Positions 61,956-64,000 of a DNA stretch of 64,000 bases are shown piece by piece. Below the pieces are notes generated by a model. The model made no database searches. It saw only the letters and a program-made list of their open reading frames with translations, and had not been told where the DNA came from. A program made the translations under genes and the position numbers. Origin of the DNA: Candidatus Bruticola sp. (GTDB taxonomy: Bacteria; Vulcanimicrobiota; Xenobia; Xenobiales; Xenobiaceae); assembly GCA_051874735.1 (NCBI GenBank), contig JBJEGD010000026.1:162247-226246 (forward strand), given 5' to 3'. The stretch's first letter is position 1. The number at the start of each line of letters is the position of its first letter.

Positions 61956-64000
61956 GTGGCAAAATTCTTTATTCATCGACCGGTTTTAGCTATAGTGATC
62001 TCTTTGGTTATTTTGCTGGCCGGTTTGGTATGCATTTACAGTTTACCAGTAGCCCAATATCCGGAAATTACGCCTCCGGTTATTCAAATAGACGCCGATT
62101 ATACTGGAGCTAATGCGCAAGTACTGGAAGAAACGGTCGCTTCCTGTATTGAACAGCAAATCAACGGTGCAGAAGGCATGCTTTACATGCGTTCAATCTG
62201 CGCTAATTCTGGTCACTATACTTTGCAGATCACTTTTGATCTATCGCGTGATCAAGATATGGCCATGGTTGACGTGCAGAACCGTCTGTCAAAAGCTACG
62301 TCGCTGCTCCCTTCTGAAGTTAACCAATCTGGTGTTAGCGTTAAGAAGCAGTCTACTCAGCAGTTGATGTATCTGAACTTTTATTCAAAGGACGGTTCTC
62401 GCGACGACCTGTTCGTTAGTAACTACTGTGTTATTAATATTATTGATCAGCTGGCGCGCTTGAATGGTGTAGGCTCGGTGGCCATTATGGTAGGTCAACG
62501 TGATTACTCTATGCGTCTTTGGATAAAACCTGACATCTTATCTAAGCTGGGTGTGACTGTTGACGATATCGTCAACGCTATTCAGTCGCAAAACGTTCAG
62601 GCTGCTGCCGGCTCAATAGGTGATCCTCCTCAGGAAACTGGAATACAGTTCCAGTATCCAGTCAATGTTAAAGGACGCTTAGTTACACCTGAAGAGTTCG
62701 GCAATGTTATTATTCGGACTCAGTCTAACGGCGCTTATTTGCGAGTTCGTGACGTTGCCCGTGTTGAATTGGGAGCTAATACTTATTCTAGTGAAGGTCA
62801 GTTTAACGGAGGCAGTTCAGTATTGGTGGCTATTTATCAGCAGCCCAGTGCCAATGCTGTAGCTTTAGCCAAAGACGTCAGGGCTAAGCTTGTAGAATTG
62901 TCCAGTTCTTTCCCCGCCGGCCTAGATTATAAGGTAACTTATGATGCCACTATTTTTGTAGTGAAATCTATCGAAGAAGTGGTGCAGACTCTATTCGAAG
63001 CTATTGTTTTAGTTTTGATAGTAGTTTTTGTGTTTTTAGGTAATTTTAGGGCTACTTTAGTGCCGATTTTAGCGGTGCCTGTGTCCTTGGTCGGTACCTT
63101 TGCTGGTTTTGCTGCTCTAGGTTTCTCCATCAACTTGCTGACTATGTTCGGTATGGTGTTGGCTGTAGGTATTGTTGTAGACGACGCTATTGTAGTAGTA
63201 GAGGCCGTAGAACTTCACATTGAACATGGTCTGTCGCCGATGGAAGCTACAGAAAAGGCTATGGATGAAGTCTCTGGTCCTGTAGTGGCCATTGCTTTAG
63301 TGCTCTGCTCCGTATTTGTGCCTGTAGCCTTTATGGGCGGTATGACCGGCGTCATGTACGAACAGTTCGCCGTTACTCTGGCTGTTTCAGTATTGCTGTC
63401 AGCTTTGGTGGCTCTTACTATGACGCCGGCTTTATGCTCCATGCTGTTGCGTCCTCGATCTGAAAAAGGTGTAATCGACTTCTTGTTTGGCTGGTTCTTT
63501 AAACTGTTCGATATGGTTTTTGGCTGGCTGACCAAAATGTATACTTCCATAGTGCGGTTTTTGGTGACTAATTTGATTGTCAGTTTTGTGATAATCGGTG
63601 CTGTTTACTATGGAGCGTACTATTTAATGTCGACGACTCCTACGGGCTTTATTCCTATTGAAGACCAAGGTACGATTATAGTCAGCTGCACGCTGCCTTC
63701 AGGCGCTTCTTTAGAGCGCACTAAGGCGGTCGTAAAAAAACTGAACGATATTATGATGAAGCACAGTGATGCCGTAGAGAATACTATAGGCTTAATCGGC
63801 TACAATATTATGCAGGGCAATATGTCCAGCAACTCTGGCGCTTCTATTGCTATTTTGAAGGACTGGGATCTGCGTAAAACTCCTGAAACTCAGCTGCGCG
63901 GTTTGATGGCCGCTTTGACTAAAGAAACAGCTGAAATAAAGGAAGCTTCCACTGTTGTATTCTGTCCTCCGCCTGTCCCCGGTTTGGGTATGTCGTCGTC
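61956..64000 (+). CDS. RND efflux permease (AcrB/HAE1 family), 5-prime partial (continues past window end)
   Basis: GTG start with GGAGGG RBS. VAKFFIHRPVLAIVISLVILLAG...LPVAQYPEITPPVIQI is the canonical AcrB N-terminus. The frame stays open to the end of the window. It is absent from the ORF track because it is truncated. Confidence 0.95.
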   Translation, partial: MAKFFIHRPVLAIVISLVILLAGLVCIYSLPVAQYPEITPPVIQIDADYTGANAQVLEETVASCIEQQINGAEGMLYMRSICANSGHYTLQITFDLSRDQDMAMVDVQNRLSKATSLLPSEVNQSGVSVKKQSTQQLMYLNFYSKDGSRDDLFVSNYCVINIIDQLARLNGVGSVAIMVGQRDYSMRLWIKPDILSKLGVTVDDIVNAIQSQNVQAAAGSIGDPPQETGIQFQYPVNVKGRLVTPEEFGNVIIRTQSNGAYLRVRDVARVELGANTYSSEGQFNGGSSVLVAIYQQPSANAVALAKDVRAKLVELSSSFPAGLDYKVTYDATIFVVKSIEEVVQTLFEAIVLVLIVVFVFLGNFRATLVPILAVPVSLVGTFAGFAALGFSINLLTMFGMVLAVGIVVDDAIVVVEAVELHIEHGLSPMEATEKAMDEVSGPVVAIALVLCSVFVPVAFMGGMTGVMYEQFAVTLAVSVLLSALVALTMTPALCSMLLRPRSEKGVIDFLFGWFFKLFDMVFGWLTKMYTSIVRFLVTNLIVSFVIIGAVYYGAYYLMSTTPTGFIPIEDQGTIIVSCTLPSGASLERTKAVVKKLNDIMMKHSDAVENTIGLIGYNIMQGNMSSNSGASIAILKDWDLRKTPETQLRGLMAALTKETAEIKEASTVVFCPPPVPGLGMSS

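Noticed and set aside
61892-63550. ORFs 61892-62113, 62113-62367 (plus, other frames) and 62939-63133, 63215-63550 (minus) at the right end
   Set aside because: All lie inside the RND permease reading frame, which starts at GTG 61956 and stays open to the window end with a canonical AcrB N-terminus. The true gene is missing from the ORF track only because it is truncated.
1-64000. Search for CRISPR arrays, tRNA/rRNA genes, transposases, integrases, prophage or known defence-system genes
   Set aside because: I saw no regularly spaced direct repeats, no cloverleaf-like sequences in the intergenic regions I read, and no ORF with transposase, integrase, nuclease-helicase or toxin-antitoxin hallmarks. 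This was done by eye, so tRNAscan, Infernal and DefenseFinder should confirm it.

Overview
Moderately AT-rich bacterial chromosomal window. It looks like a diderm: there is a TolC-like/MFP/RND efflux operon, lipobox proteins and pseudopilin-like proteins. RBSs are strong GGAGG-type. I call about 44 protein-coding genes plus several rho-independent terminators. I saw no rRNA, tRNA, CRISPR array, transposase, integrase or recognisable phage/defence genes. Phylum cannot be assigned from the sequence alone. Recognisable housekeeping genes are htpG, a Bcr/CflA-type MFS pump, a POT peptide transporter, a nitrilase-superfamily hydrolase, a secreted GH13 enzyme, an MBL-fold hydrolase, an amidase, nth, an M50 protease, an AI-2E transporter, speA, an inositol monophosphatase, add, dtd, a CheY-like receiver, thiN-thiT, rpmB and the efflux genes. 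Four loci are unusual. (1) 13.9-21.8 kb holds three tandem ~800-aa paralogs with a PilX/GspK-type pseudopilin N-terminus. Each has a conserved - hypervariable - conserved layout, and no pilus or T2SS machinery is nearby. (2) 46.9-54.2 kb holds three full-length RelA/SpoT-homolog (long RSH) genes in a row. The first two keep the HD hydrolase motifs but have degenerate synthetase motifs. (3) 2.8-7.4 kb holds a split ECF-like sigma factor with a ~200-aa linker, a zf-HC2 anti-sigma factor, an ABC ATPase-like protein with every catalytic motif degenerate, and a small secreted protein. (4) 38.1-41.2 kb holds twin S8 subtilases with pro-domains but a shared polar, non-Sec N-terminus. All family calls come from reading motifs by eye. 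No database searches or computations were run.
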